The notes beneath the pieces were generated by a model. That model did no database searches, had not been told where the DNA came from, and worked only from the letters and a program-made list of their open reading frames with translations. 64,000 nt of DNA from a virus (taxonomy: Duplodnaviria; Caudoviricetes). Position 1 is the first letter of the stretch. Every line of letters begins with the position of its first letter. The DNA is taken from positions 26,404 to 90,403 of IMG/VR virus record IMGVR_UViG_3300025890_000021; one strand, written 5' to 3'. Positions 1-9,612 of the stretch are shown one piece after another. Both the position numbers and the translations under genes were made by a program.

Positions 1-149
1 AATATATTATAAATCCCTCAGAATGTAATTTTTAATTTTTAATTGGCAGTCTTTTCTCAGAGAAAAATAAGGTTGGATTTTTCTTTGAAACCTTTAATAA
101 TGAATTCATAACTATAGTTAATAATATATATGGCACTCGGCTGCTAAAA

Positions 150-542
150 TTAGAATTTATTTTTCCATTTTTTAGAATATTCTTGTTTTGCCCAATTCTC
201 AGCTTTTCTTTCCCATTTATTTGCCCAATATCTATCTTTTCCATCTAAATCAGCTATGTTAGAAGCCTGTGAATATTTTTTCATAAACTTTCTTCTACCC
301 ATTTTGTATATTTGTTTAGCATGATGAATCTCATGTAAGATAGTAATGATAAATTCAGAAACCTTTGGATAGTATTTGTTTAGATAGATGGTATCAGTAT
401 CCCAATTATAACCACCCTCATCTTTACCATAAGTACCAAACTTTACTTTAGATTTTAAATTATAGTATTTAACTAACTCAGAAGCTACAAATAGTAAATC
501 AGTTCTTTCTTGTAATAGATAAATTTCTTTCAGAGTTGTCAT
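150..542 (-). CDS. HExxH zinc metallopeptidase-like protein
   Basis: ILHEIHHA zincin motif with downstream WERKAE glutamate. Confidence 0.55.
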   Translation of the reverse strand: MTTLKEIYLLQERTDLLFVASELVKYYNLKSKVKFGTYGKDEGGYNWDTDTIYLNKYYPKVSEFIITILHEIHHAKQIYKMGRRKFMKKYSQASNIADLDGKDRYWANKWERKAENWAKQEYSKKWKNKF

Positions 543-1171
543 TTCTTCATACTCTGAGCAAGGAACTTAGCAACTTTCTTTCCATATACTTTATCAGATG
601 GATAGTGTGCCTTTGCAACAATTCTACTATGTGCAATATCTTCCCCCAATTGTTTATACTCATCTCCATGTGTTGGGTCTATACTAGCTAAGTACTCACC
701 AATCAAATATCCTTGTATTGCATGTCCACTTGGATAACTTGGTGTTTTCATACTATCTAATTCAGTACCATTTAAATCAATGTTATAAAACTCTGCAACT
801 TGAAACGGTCTTGGACGATTATAATGATATTTCAACGCCATAATAAACTTACCACTTTCTTTTATAATTCTTCCGAGTATTTCGTTTGATACACTAAGTT
901 CGTGTTTCTCAATTAATGGTATAAATACTTCTTTAACATCATCACCAAATTTAACAAACTCCTCATTAGGTTTTATTTTTGCTAATTGTTTAATCTCTTT
1001 TAATGTAAGGTTAGAATCATTCTCAGGTGGTAACTTTTTTGGTACTACCAAGTTTTCATCAAAGAGAGAAGTTCTCATTTCCATTCTCTTCTTATGTTTC
1101 GGTTTAACTTCTTCATCGGTCTTGTAATATCCCATTGTACGAAGTTCTAATAGTTCTTTTAATTTAATCAT
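539..1171 (-). CDS. PAP2 / acid phosphatase-vanadium haloperoxidase superfamily protein
   Basis: Three PAP2 motifs: KYHYNRPRP, PSYPSGH, SRIVAKAHYPSD. Confidence 0.85.
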   Translation of the reverse strand: MIKLKELLELRTMGYYKTDEEVKPKHKKRMEMRTSLFDENLVVPKKLPPENDSNLTLKEIKQLAKIKPNEEFVKFGDDVKEVFIPLIEKHELSVSNEILGRIIKESGKFIMALKYHYNRPRPFQVAEFYNIDLNGTELDSMKTPSYPSGHAIQGYLIGEYLASIDPTHGDEYKQLGEDIAHSRIVAKAHYPSDKVYGKKVAKFLAQSMKK

Positions 1172-1412
1172 TATCTGTTTCTCTTATTTTGTAGTTCTTT
1201 TTTGTAGTTCCATCAGTATGTTTAAAATTTTTATAACTGATAACTTCTACTTTAGAATGTTTTATACATTTCTTAGAGATTTCCCTTTTTTCTTTTAAAA
1301 AGAAAATTTCCTTATAATCCTCATCACTATAATGGTGTAGTTTTAATTTACCATCTATTACATGCCCACCAGTAATAATAAGTGCTATACTGAATAATAA
1401 TTCTAATATCAT
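1164..1412 (-). CDS. hypothetical protein with N-terminal hydrophobic segment
   Basis: ORF tiles with neighbours; hydrophobic N-terminus. Confidence 0.55.
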   Translation of the reverse strand: MILELLFSIALIITGGHVIDGKLKLHHYSDEDYKEIFFLKEKREISKKCIKHSKVEVISYKNFKHTDGTTKKNYKIRETDND

Positions 1413-1559
1413 TTATCTACCCCAACGATTTTGTTGTTGTGAATCAGGATTTTTTGCTTTCCACTTCTTATGTTGGTTAGCAGTACGACCTTCTTTTTTC
1501 CACTTTTCGTTTAGTTTTTGTTTTTTTTGTTTTCTTATTTTTGCTGCACTATTTGGCAT
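1413..1559 (-). CDS. small basic protein (48 aa)
   Basis: Hand translation MPNSAAKIRKQKKQKLNEKWKKEGRTANQHKKWKAKNPDSQQQNRWGR fills the gap exactly; GGAG upstream. Confidence 0.55.
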   Translation of the reverse strand: MPNSAAKIRKQKKQKLNEKWKKEGRTANQHKKWKAKNPDSQQQNRWGR

Positions 1560-1560
1560 C

Positions 1561-2310
1561 TTATCTCCAATCCCATATTTTTAACATATTATACGATACA
1601 CCAAATCCAATTACTGGTTCTGTTAATCCTGTCTTAGAATCATATATTATCCCAGCAAAAGGACCAACACTTATCTGATTTCTCGGTGGTTTTAATTTTA
1701 GGGGACTTCCTTGTCTACCACTAATTCTCACACCATTAAATAAAGTGTCTGGTACAACTGCATAATATTCACCTTTTATTTCACCTTGCTCTATGTAAGG
1801 TAAACCCATTTGTAAACTTCCATCTAATCCGAGTTCAGTTTCACTATCGGTCAATATTCCATCCTTTATTAAATATCCAGTCCTACCGAAAATTCTTAAA
1901 TAATTTCCTTGTACACCGAACTCTTTTTCGAATGGTATTACCCCACTGGCATCACCTACTTTAACCTCTTGGGTCTGTGTAGGTAACTCATTAATAAGTA
2001 TCTTGATACTATCAATTTCCGTTTCTAATATCTCTAACTTCTTCTTTAACGAATAGTTCTCAATACCACGAGTTTTATCATGTGTATGTAAATCAAGTAA
2101 TAAATTTTCATTCTGTTTTGTTAATGTATTGACTGTATCATTTAACTCAACAATTAACTTATCCTGTCTAGCAGAATCTTCTCTCAAGAAATCCATTTCT
2201 TCTTGAGCGTAATAATAACGAATACCCACAATACATAGAATGAAGAGAATGTTTAGGAATCCACCTAATACCCACTCTCTTCTTTTTTGTGGCCAATCTT
2301 TTAATAGCAT
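1561..2310 (-). CDS. membrane-anchored coiled-coil protein with C-terminal beta-hairpin
   Basis: N-terminal TM helix, heptad-rich segment, C-terminal VGPFAG..VIGFGVSY strands. Confidence 0.6.
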   Translation of the reverse strand: MLLKDWPQKRREWVLGGFLNILFILCIVGIRYYYAQEEMDFLREDSARQDKLIVELNDTVNTLTKQNENLLLDLHTHDKTRGIENYSLKKKLEILETEIDSIKILINELPTQTQEVKVGDASGVIPFEKEFGVQGNYLRIFGRTGYLIKDGILTDSETELGLDGSLQMGLPYIEQGEIKGEYYAVVPDTLFNGVRISGRQGSPLKLKPPRNQISVGPFAGIIYDSKTGLTEPVIGFGVSYNMLKIWDWR

Positions 2311-2318
2311 ATTAACTC

Positions 2319-2837
2319 CTATTCAACACTATTTACAGCATCATTGATGGCTTTTCTAATTGCACCACCCAACTCAGTATTTCCAAAGTCTGCTTCTTCC
2401 TCGATTTGTAATCCAGTAGCAGTTACATTAGTTTCTATCTCACCAGTCCCACGAAATATTTTTTGTGTTCCCTCAAGATTATTGACTAAATTAACATGAA
2501 GATTAACTTGTGTTTTTTGATTTCTTCTGTTAAATAATCCAATAATACTAAATGCTTCATTTGGTTTACCAATATAAAGTACTTCTACATTAGCAGTAAA
2601 ATCTGCATTATCATCTTCAACTAAACGATACCTTGTATTTTGAAATGATTCCTCAACTAATTGTTTAATACCCATAGTAACTCTACTATCAGCAACACCA
2701 ATTGATTCATCGGTTTTTACGAATTGTGATACTTTCAATGTAGGCCAATCGAGGTCTTCACCAACAACAACTGGCTTTGGTAAATCTTGTGAAAAACCAA
2801 ATCCCATCATTAACAATATCATAATCAGTTTTTTCAT
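2319..2837 (-). CDS. exported CsgG/TolB-N-like alpha/beta protein
   Basis: Start reassigned to MKKLIMILL after AAGGAG; signal peptide; helix-RLVE-beta pattern shared with 3840..4481. Confidence 0.5.
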   Translation of the reverse strand: MKKLIMILLMMGFGFSQDLPKPVVVGEDLDWPTLKVSQFVKTDESIGVADSRVTMGIKQLVEESFQNTRYRLVEDDNADFTANVEVLYIGKPNEAFSIIGLFNRRNQKTQVNLHVNLVNNLEGTQKIFRGTGEIETNVTATGLQIEEEADFGNTELGGAIRKAINDAVNSVE

Positions 2838-2847
2838 TTTCTTCTCC

Positions 2848-3834
2848 TTAAAAGTAAGTCCCAAATAGTATACTGAAAGATTTTCCTCTTTCACCATAGT
2901 CATTCACGACCGTGTTAAATCCAAAACTCACACCTACATTAAAGGTGAATGCCTGTCCTAATTTCCAGTCTGCGGAAATAGTTGGAAAGAACATAATTGG
3001 ACTTCTCAGTAATAAATATTGAGAATCTCGATTTAATCCACCATAATATCTAAGTAATGTGTAAGATGTATAGTTTGCAAATGTAAACTTAATCATCTTT
3101 AAATCAATTGGAATCACCATACCATGTAATACTGAAAGGTTTCCAAATGTATTATCACTTACACTTCCAAAACTTGTGGTTAGTACAATAACTTCTGATT
3201 GTGGTTTAATCAGAGATTTTGCATAAGAGGTAGATACTAACCAATCCCACCCCTCAAATGTTTCAAATGCTACACCCGTACCACTTATCACTTGATTCTG
3301 CTTCTTCGAAATAAAGTTAATACCTTGTCCGTAAGTACCACTAAATCGTGTGAAGTCATCGGTGAATGAGAAATTACCATCGTACCTACTCTTACCATCA
3401 AATGATGTTCTTGTGTACACACTATTAAATGTGGTAACCCAACTACTATCCACACTTGGTGAACTTTTTATAGCATAATTTACTTGTGATGGTTGGTTAC
3501 TTATATCACCTTTACTAAATTGTTCTGTAGCATTTTGTGCAAGTGCACTCGCCAAAATCTCTTCAGCAACTCTTACTGCACAAGGAAATAAATCTTCGAA
3601 ATCATTGTATACATTCTCTGCCCATAATTCAAGTTCTCCTGCAAGAACTTCTTCTAATGTAAAAAATCTTGATTTATTATAGTAGGAAACATAGAATCCA
3701 TTTCCATCTTGTTGTACCCTATAGTTATTTCTTACAATCGTCTGATTACAAGGGTCAACATAATTATAAAAAAAACCTTGTGCAGAGAGTAAACTACAGA
3801 ATAATCCTATAACTATTAATACTCTCTGCCACAT
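2848..3834 (-). CDS. putative outer-membrane beta-barrel protein
   Basis: Signal peptide, alternating amphipathic strands in the C-terminal two thirds, terminal aromatic (SILFGTYF). Confidence 0.6.
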   Translation of the reverse strand: MWQRVLIVIGLFCSLLSAQGFFYNYVDPCNQTIVRNNYRVQQDGNGFYVSYYNKSRFFTLEEVLAGELELWAENVYNDFEDLFPCAVRVAEEILASALAQNATEQFSKGDISNQPSQVNYAIKSSPSVDSSWVTTFNSVYTRTSFDGKSRYDGNFSFTDDFTRFSGTYGQGINFISKKQNQVISGTGVAFETFEGWDWLVSTSYAKSLIKPQSEVIVLTTSFGSVSDNTFGNLSVLHGMVIPIDLKMIKFTFANYTSYTLLRYYGGLNRDSQYLLLRSPIMFFPTISADWKLGQAFTFNVGVSFGFNTVVNDYGERGKSFSILFGTYF

Positions 3835-3839
3835 TCATT

Positions 3840-4481
3840 CTACCAACCTCTACGGTCTATTGCTTTAATTACATTTACAACCGCAGTTTCCATTGCCTTA
3901 TTTGAGGCGGAACTTAAAGAACTCTGATTCCATTCCATATTTGGATTTTTTAGGAATCCTTGACCTATTGTGGAAGCTCTTCCTTGACCACTACCAACCA
4001 CATACTGAGTATTTTCATTATTGATTACTTTAACTTGAATACCAACAATAGTTTCGTTTATTGTTTGAACTTTCCCACTCTTGATATCTTCTTGTAAGTT
4101 AACAGCAAAATCATAAATAGTTACATACGCAGTGTACTTGGTTTTCTCTATTTTTGCTTCGTTGGCTTTTAAATCGTTGATGATAGATAATTGTACATCT
4201 CTATCTCCCTCAACAAGATTAAATCTTCCAATGTAAGAAATAACATTTGCAAGTTCTTGGTTTAACCCAAATGCAACTCGTTTATTTCCAAGTTCTGGAT
4301 ATTGTTCTTCAAGTTCTTTATTAAATTTAACATCCAAAATCTTTAGATTATCAACTTTAGTTATTTCAATTTCATCTAATGATTTCTGTTTCTCATACTC
4401 ACCAACATATTGTTCCGTTGATACTGATGCTGCACATCCGTATAAACCTATTAAAAACAATATTGAGAATATCTTATTCAT
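3840..4481 (-). CDS. CsgG/HfaB-like lipoprotein
   Basis: Lipobox LYG-C at Cys16; GRFNLVE..RD segment and VGIQVKVIN..VVGSGQG strands typical of the CsgG family. Confidence 0.65.
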   Translation of the reverse strand: MNKIFSILFLIGLYGCAASVSTEQYVGEYEKQKSLDEIEITKVDNLKILDVKFNKELEEQYPELGNKRVAFGLNQELANVISYIGRFNLVEGDRDVQLSIINDLKANEAKIEKTKYTAYVTIYDFAVNLQEDIKSGKVQTINETIVGIQVKVINNENTQYVVGSGQGRASTIGQGFLKNPNMEWNQSSLSSASNKAMETAVVNVIKAIDRRGW

Positions 4482-4494
4482 TTTTATCTCCTAT

Positions 4495-4875
4495 TTATCT
4501 GAAATCCGATAACGGGTCTTTCAGTAGTTTTTCCAATCGTTCAATCTCACCATTTAATTTATCAATCTCATTCTGTAGTTTAATTATATCTCCATCATAT
4601 GATTTTACTTTTGGCGTTTTTAATCCATCTACTTTTTCTCGTAGATATTTTAATTCTTCATCAATATTTTCAAAGTTATTGGTTACAATTTCTATATCAC
4701 TTGCTTCTGCAAATCCTTGTACTACTTCTTCCAATGAATCAATGCGGCCAGTAAAACTATACCACCCAGCAATTGCGGTAGAAAGAAAAGTAACAATAGC
4801 AATAATATTGTTAATTGATACTCCGAACTTTTTTCCTTTGACTTCTTCAATAGCTTGTTCTATATCCTTTGCCAT
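4495..4875 (-). CDS. TM plus coiled-coil protein
   Basis: One hydrophobic helix followed by heptad repeats. Confidence 0.6.
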   Translation of the reverse strand: MAKDIEQAIEEVKGKKFGVSINNIIAIVTFLSTAIAGWYSFTGRIDSLEEVVQGFAEASDIEIVTNNFENIDEELKYLREKVDGLKTPKVKSYDGDIIKLQNEIDKLNGEIERLEKLLKDPLSDFR

Positions 4876-4951
4876 TTTATTTCTCCTTAATTAACATTCA
4901 CAGCAAGAGCAATTACAACTCTCACATTTACATTCTTTACAATCACACATA

Positions 4952-5818
4952 CTATATCTCCACATTAATAGTTAGTAACATTGAATCTTTCAATGGATGT
5001 GTATCATCACCTGATATAAATCCTAATCCAACATTGTATTTATCATACTCGAATCCCATACCTATTGATGGATAATTCAACTGATGGTCTACATCACTAT
5101 AATATCCTGCTCTGAACCAAAACATATCTTTTAAGTTATATGATAAACCTTGTCCCATAGTATAGTATCCACTATAAATATTCCATTGATTATAAATATC
5201 CCAATTATTAATAGGTATTTTTACACCTACATTCAAACTTGTTGGAATCTCAATTTCATATCCATTCATCTTAGTCATTATACCGACATTAGCAATCATA
5301 ATATCCATATCTAATTTTTTCCAAAAATCATCCATGTGAATACCAACATCGAATAACATACCATCAGTTTTTTCTGTATATAAATCGTGAAAGACTACTT
5401 TACCCTCTACACCTATTGATACACTATCCAACTTATTACCCTTATAATATAAAGGTGTACCCCAACTCACTCCGAGTTTGGTGGTTGTTGGTGCAAACGA
5501 ACCATTGACTGTTCCATATAAATCAGTCGATTTCTGTTCTCCGTAATCAAAGTGTAAAAGGTTAAAGCCAAAACTCTTCCATCTTACATCAATATAGTTA
5601 TATCCCATATCATCTACGATATTCTTTAACCATTGTACATTTGTAAAACTTACATTGGTTGTAGTATCAAGATTGAAATGGTTTTTTGCGGGATTTCTAA
5701 ATGCAAGTGATTGGTTCCCCAATGTTGTTTCTTCTGCAGATGGTGATATCGTTAATACACGATTAACCTGTCCAAATAGAGAAGTTACAAACAACAAACC
5801 TAATATTACTTTTTTCAT
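4952..5818 (-). CDS. PorV/PorQ-family (FadL-like) outer-membrane barrel
   Basis: Signal peptide then LTISPSA..LG..A..NPA, VSFT..QWL, FDYG..STD..G...GSF pattern of PorV family. Confidence 0.7.
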   Translation of the reverse strand: MKKVILGLLFVTSLFGQVNRVLTISPSAEETTLGNQSLAFRNPAKNHFNLDTTTNVSFTNVQWLKNIVDDMGYNYIDVRWKSFGFNLLHFDYGEQKSTDLYGTVNGSFAPTTTKLGVSWGTPLYYKGNKLDSVSIGVEGKVVFHDLYTEKTDGMLFDVGIHMDDFWKKLDMDIMIANVGIMTKMNGYEIEIPTSLNVGVKIPINNWDIYNQWNIYSGYYTMGQGLSYNLKDMFWFRAGYYSDVDHQLNYPSIGMGFEYDKYNVGLGFISGDDTHPLKDSMLLTINVEI

Positions 5819-5829
5819 TATCTATCCTC

Positions 5830-8481
5830 TTATTTAACGACCGTAAATTTATTGGCCTTAATTTTATTTCCACTCTGTAAAACAAATATATAAACACCTG
5901 GTTCTAAAGTTTGGTGTTCTTGATAAACACTAACTTCAGGTAACCAAACACTTGGTTCATTTGAAAAATCAAATGTGTGTATACCTGGTTCTACACTCTC
6001 ATCTAACAATGTTCCAACATATTGTCCATTAGAGTTTAGTATGTAAAGTTTTACATCTGACAACTCTTCAACATAAAATTGGAATCTTGTATTTTCTCTA
6101 AATGGATTTGGATAGTTATAAGTTAGCTCATTCTCTTCTGGTTCTCCACCACCGAATGCCCAATATTTATTCCATACCATCACTTTACCACTCTGTCTAC
6201 TCACTAATAAATCTTGACCACTTGGATTACCAGCAGCATATTTATCAACGAAGTTTACAGGTGCTTCTGTCCACTCTGCATCAGGAAAATCTGCTCTGAA
6301 TAATAATGTTAGAGCATTTATCTGACTATCTATCCAATAAGTTTGTGGTGCGTTACCTGGTGAATAATCCATACCACCAAATGATACTTTCTGTTTACCT
6401 TGTATTGGTTCGTGTACATTCACATAAGTGAACCACGGCCCTGGTAAGTTTCCAGTCTTCATATCAACAAACTCTAATTCATTAGAATTAAATTCTACTT
6501 CAAACTCAAATCCAGCAACATTTACTTGTTCTGGTGTTAGAGTGAATGGTACTTCAATAATATCACCACTACGAACTCTGACTGTGGAATCTGCAGGTAA
6601 TGTCATAAACACATCAGGTGTATTAAATGCAATTTTGTTTGCCCAAGTACTTGGTGGGTTACCATTACCCCAACGATAATATGTATCGCCATTTATATCA
6701 ATGTATCCATCAGTACTTCCTACATCTTCAATATCGAAATCATCACCATCTGATGTTGAACCTGCTTCTTTTACTTTAGTACCACTTGCGTTTACATCTC
6801 CTGTAAAGAAGTATGCTAAACTATCAATTGTGTAATCTGGATTAACATCATTTCCATATGTAGATGAACCACCAGCAAAACCAATATCTAAGGTATCTAA
6901 ACCAGTCTGAATATCATCCATCAATGGATTGATAACTTCAATCTGTCCAAATTGTAATGTAGTATCTTGGTCAAAATCATCATCTTTGAATATAGTAAAC
7001 TCATATCTTTGATTACCCCAATCTTCATAGTATCCATAAGGAAATGGTTCACCACCCTCTTTTAGTGTATCGATAGTTGCCCAACTCTGTAGTGTATCAC
7101 CATTTAAGTGAACATATGTATCAATGATACCACTTGTGTATGCCCATAAGAAATATGCATCATTTAATTGGAATACATCATCTCCATCCACATCACCAAT
7201 AAAGTATTCAACTGCGTTTAGTGTATCTACACCTGTAACAGATTTAAACTTATTACTTTGGAAATTAAATGCTGCAATAGCATCGTTGATGTTTGTAATT
7301 CCATATCTATCCAATGTTAATGGTGTATGTGATTCAATATCATCACTAGCATCTGGTGGATAAAATGACATACGATATTTTTGGTTTCGTGGTAACTGAA
7401 TATTATAATATCCTCTATCATCTGTGTATGTAGAATCAAAATAACTTACTCCTAAGAAACCCTCACCTGGTAGCGTTTGTGCTGCAGTAGTTCCTTTATC
7501 ATCAAACCAAAATGTAGATGTATCATCACCAATGACATCATCGGTTGTTGTTTCATCAGTTAAGTTTGCTTCATTATCAATATCTTCAATGTTGTACCAA
7601 CTATTGTATTCATCTGGATTACTTTGGTCTAATTCAAATCTAATCTTCCAATAAGGATAAGTGTTATCATTAGTTATTGCATTATCTTGTGCATACCTAA
7701 AGTATCCCTCAACATCAACAAGTTTTGGATGTAGAGAAATATCTCCTCTTGCACCACCTTGGTCTGTTTCTTCCGTACCATAATTACCATCAATGTAAAC
7801 ATCGTAATCTAATAAGTAATCATCACTTATATAAGTGTAGTATCCCTCACCACCCTCATATAATGTTGGTACTCTAAAAGAACGCGGACTGAAATCATCC
7901 ACAACATCTTCTATTTTAAAATTTAATTTTACTAATTGTTTTTGAACACCCTCTCCACCACCAAAAGTAAATTCATCACCATTGTGTGATACCATTGTAA
8001 TTCTTAACCAATCGTATCTTGCATTAGCTTCTGATTTTTCACTATCAGCAGTTTGTAAAGAATCGATATATCCAACATCGGAATAGTGAACAACTTCATA
8101 TGAATAATCAGCTCCTGCGGTAGAATCACCCTCAGTTGCTTGAGTTAACCATGAACCTTTTAATACTTCAGTATCTTCATCATCCCAATCAATTATATCG
8201 TTATCAAAAATAATATCTAATCTTAGTGCAGTAACATCAGCACCATCATCATCAAGTGTAACTTCCATAGTCATTACACTATCTCTCCAAGCATCAAAAT
8301 TATTATTATACAAAGCAGGATTATCTTTATCATCTGCTAAGTAAGTTTGTAATTGATGCGTAACACTTTCTCTCCACCAATACTCTGGTGTATCATAAGT
8401 GCCAGTTTGCATAATCCTAATGACGGGTTCTTGTGGGAAGACAAAACCCAACCACATTAGGCCTATTATCAACCATCTCAT
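5830..8481 (-). CDS. T9SS type-A CTD cargo protein with cohesin-like and dockerin-like modules
   Basis: Signal peptide; C-terminal NYPNPF..VKLYILNSNGQYV..LEPGVYIFVL..KFTVVK; two cohesin-like segments; GDVDGDDVFQLND Ca-loop. Confidence 0.75.
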   Translation of the reverse strand: MRWLIIGLMWLGFVFPQEPVIRIMQTGTYDTPEYWWRESVTHQLQTYLADDKDNPALYNNNFDAWRDSVMTMEVTLDDDGADVTALRLDIIFDNDIIDWDDEDTEVLKGSWLTQATEGDSTAGADYSYEVVHYSDVGYIDSLQTADSEKSEANARYDWLRITMVSHNGDEFTFGGGEGVQKQLVKLNFKIEDVVDDFSPRSFRVPTLYEGGEGYYTYISDDYLLDYDVYIDGNYGTEETDQGGARGDISLHPKLVDVEGYFRYAQDNAITNDNTYPYWKIRFELDQSNPDEYNSWYNIEDIDNEANLTDETTTDDVIGDDTSTFWFDDKGTTAAQTLPGEGFLGVSYFDSTYTDDRGYYNIQLPRNQKYRMSFYPPDASDDIESHTPLTLDRYGITNINDAIAAFNFQSNKFKSVTGVDTLNAVEYFIGDVDGDDVFQLNDAYFLWAYTSGIIDTYVHLNGDTLQSWATIDTLKEGGEPFPYGYYEDWGNQRYEFTIFKDDDFDQDTTLQFGQIEVINPLMDDIQTGLDTLDIGFAGGSSTYGNDVNPDYTIDSLAYFFTGDVNASGTKVKEAGSTSDGDDFDIEDVGSTDGYIDINGDTYYRWGNGNPPSTWANKIAFNTPDVFMTLPADSTVRVRSGDIIEVPFTLTPEQVNVAGFEFEVEFNSNELEFVDMKTGNLPGPWFTYVNVHEPIQGKQKVSFGGMDYSPGNAPQTYWIDSQINALTLLFRADFPDAEWTEAPVNFVDKYAAGNPSGQDLLVSRQSGKVMVWNKYWAFGGGEPEENELTYNYPNPFRENTRFQFYVEELSDVKLYILNSNGQYVGTLLDESVEPGIHTFDFSNEPSVWLPEVSVYQEHQTLEPGVYIFVLQSGNKIKANKFTVVK

Positions 8482-8556
8482 CGTAGTTCCTTTTCAGTTA
8501 TTTTAATCTATGTCAACTCCCACTCGATTGGTGGGTTTGGTGTAGCCTTAATTCAC

Positions 8557-8568
8557 AATAATAAATAT
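8557..8568 (-). promoter_or_regulatory. WTAYTTATWW motif upstream of the envelope cassette
   Basis: ATATTTATTATT on the coding strand about 80 nt before the ATG at 8481. Confidence 0.45.
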
Positions 8569-8592
8569 AATATATAAAAAAATAATGATGTG

Positions 8593-9600
8593 TTATACAT
8601 CAAATCTTACAACAATCGAAGTATTGATATCGTTACCTAATTTGATAGGTTTTGCCAATTTACCAATAACTAATAATTCATTGTTATCATTGTATAAACC
8701 GACTGTCGTTACATATGGTTTGAAATCTGAATGTGATACAAACCCTTGATATCCACTTGCTTGTGTGTAAGATGTTTTGTAGCTTCCTGTCCCTGCACCT
8801 GTTGGTTGGTCTGAAGGTGCGAAGAACTTGTGTATGTCCGTTGAACCCTCTGCTACATTTATACTGCCACTTAAATTTTCAGTTGCAGATTTATTTGTGA
8901 TTAAGTTAAATTCACCTGGTTCGATTGTAACCAAGTATTCGTATTCGTAAATTGTTTGTGTTGCTTGAAAGTTCAAATCAAATGTAGTATCACCTGCATT
9001 TAGTAATGAACCTGTATCTGTAAGTACAACTAATCCATGTGAGTAAAAAGCATTACCCACTTGTGAACCACTTCCGTTTGCTATGATTCCTTGTGTTCTA
9101 TCAAATGAACTTGATTTATAAGCTGCGTAACTTGCTGAATGAGCAAAATCATAAATGTTACCATCACCATCATCTCTTAATTGATAAGTCTTTCCACCAT
9201 TCGTTACATCTAAATTAATACTACCTGGTTTTAATTCTTCACCAAATAGTTCTTGTGGTATAGTAAATATTTTTGCATTACCATGTAGTTCTCTTTTTTC
9301 TACTTGGTAATTATTTCCACCGAATGTTCTGTATGGTTCAAGATTTTCATAGTACAAATGTTTTATACTAAACCAATTTGGTCTATCATAATATGTACCA
9401 TATTCAAACTTGGAAGAACTACCATGAAACCGACCGAATGATTGTGAGGCAGCACTTCCAGTATTGAAATTAAATAGTGAACCACTCTCAGCGTTTAGGC
9501 GTAAGAATCCACTTCCACTATCGTTTTGATTTAAGAACCATTTCTTATGAACTTTGAATGGTCTTATTGACTTATCTGATGGGTCAATGTTTTTTAACAT
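8593..9600 (-). CDS. virion structural protein, tail-collar-like C-terminus
   Basis: VTTVGLYNDNNELLVIGKLAKPIK motif; paralog of 9613..10620; in tail module. Confidence 0.55.
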   Translation of the reverse strand: MLKNIDPSDKSIRPFKVHKKWFLNQNDSGSGFLRLNAESGSLFNFNTGSAASQSFGRFHGSSSKFEYGTYYDRPNWFSIKHLYYENLEPYRTFGGNNYQVEKRELHGNAKIFTIPQELFGEELKPGSINLDVTNGGKTYQLRDDGDGNIYDFAHSASYAAYKSSSFDRTQGIIANGSGSQVGNAFYSHGLVVLTDTGSLLNAGDTTFDLNFQATQTIYEYEYLVTIEPGEFNLITNKSATENLSGSINVAEGSTDIHKFFAPSDQPTGAGTGSYKTSYTQASGYQGFVSHSDFKPYVTTVGLYNDNNELLVIGKLAKPIKLGNDINTSIVVRFDV

Positions 9601-9612
9601 TTATAAATTCCC

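Noticed and set aside
32-244. 70-aa ORF at the window start
   Set aside because: It overlaps the metallopeptidase-like gene out of frame and has no recognisable motif
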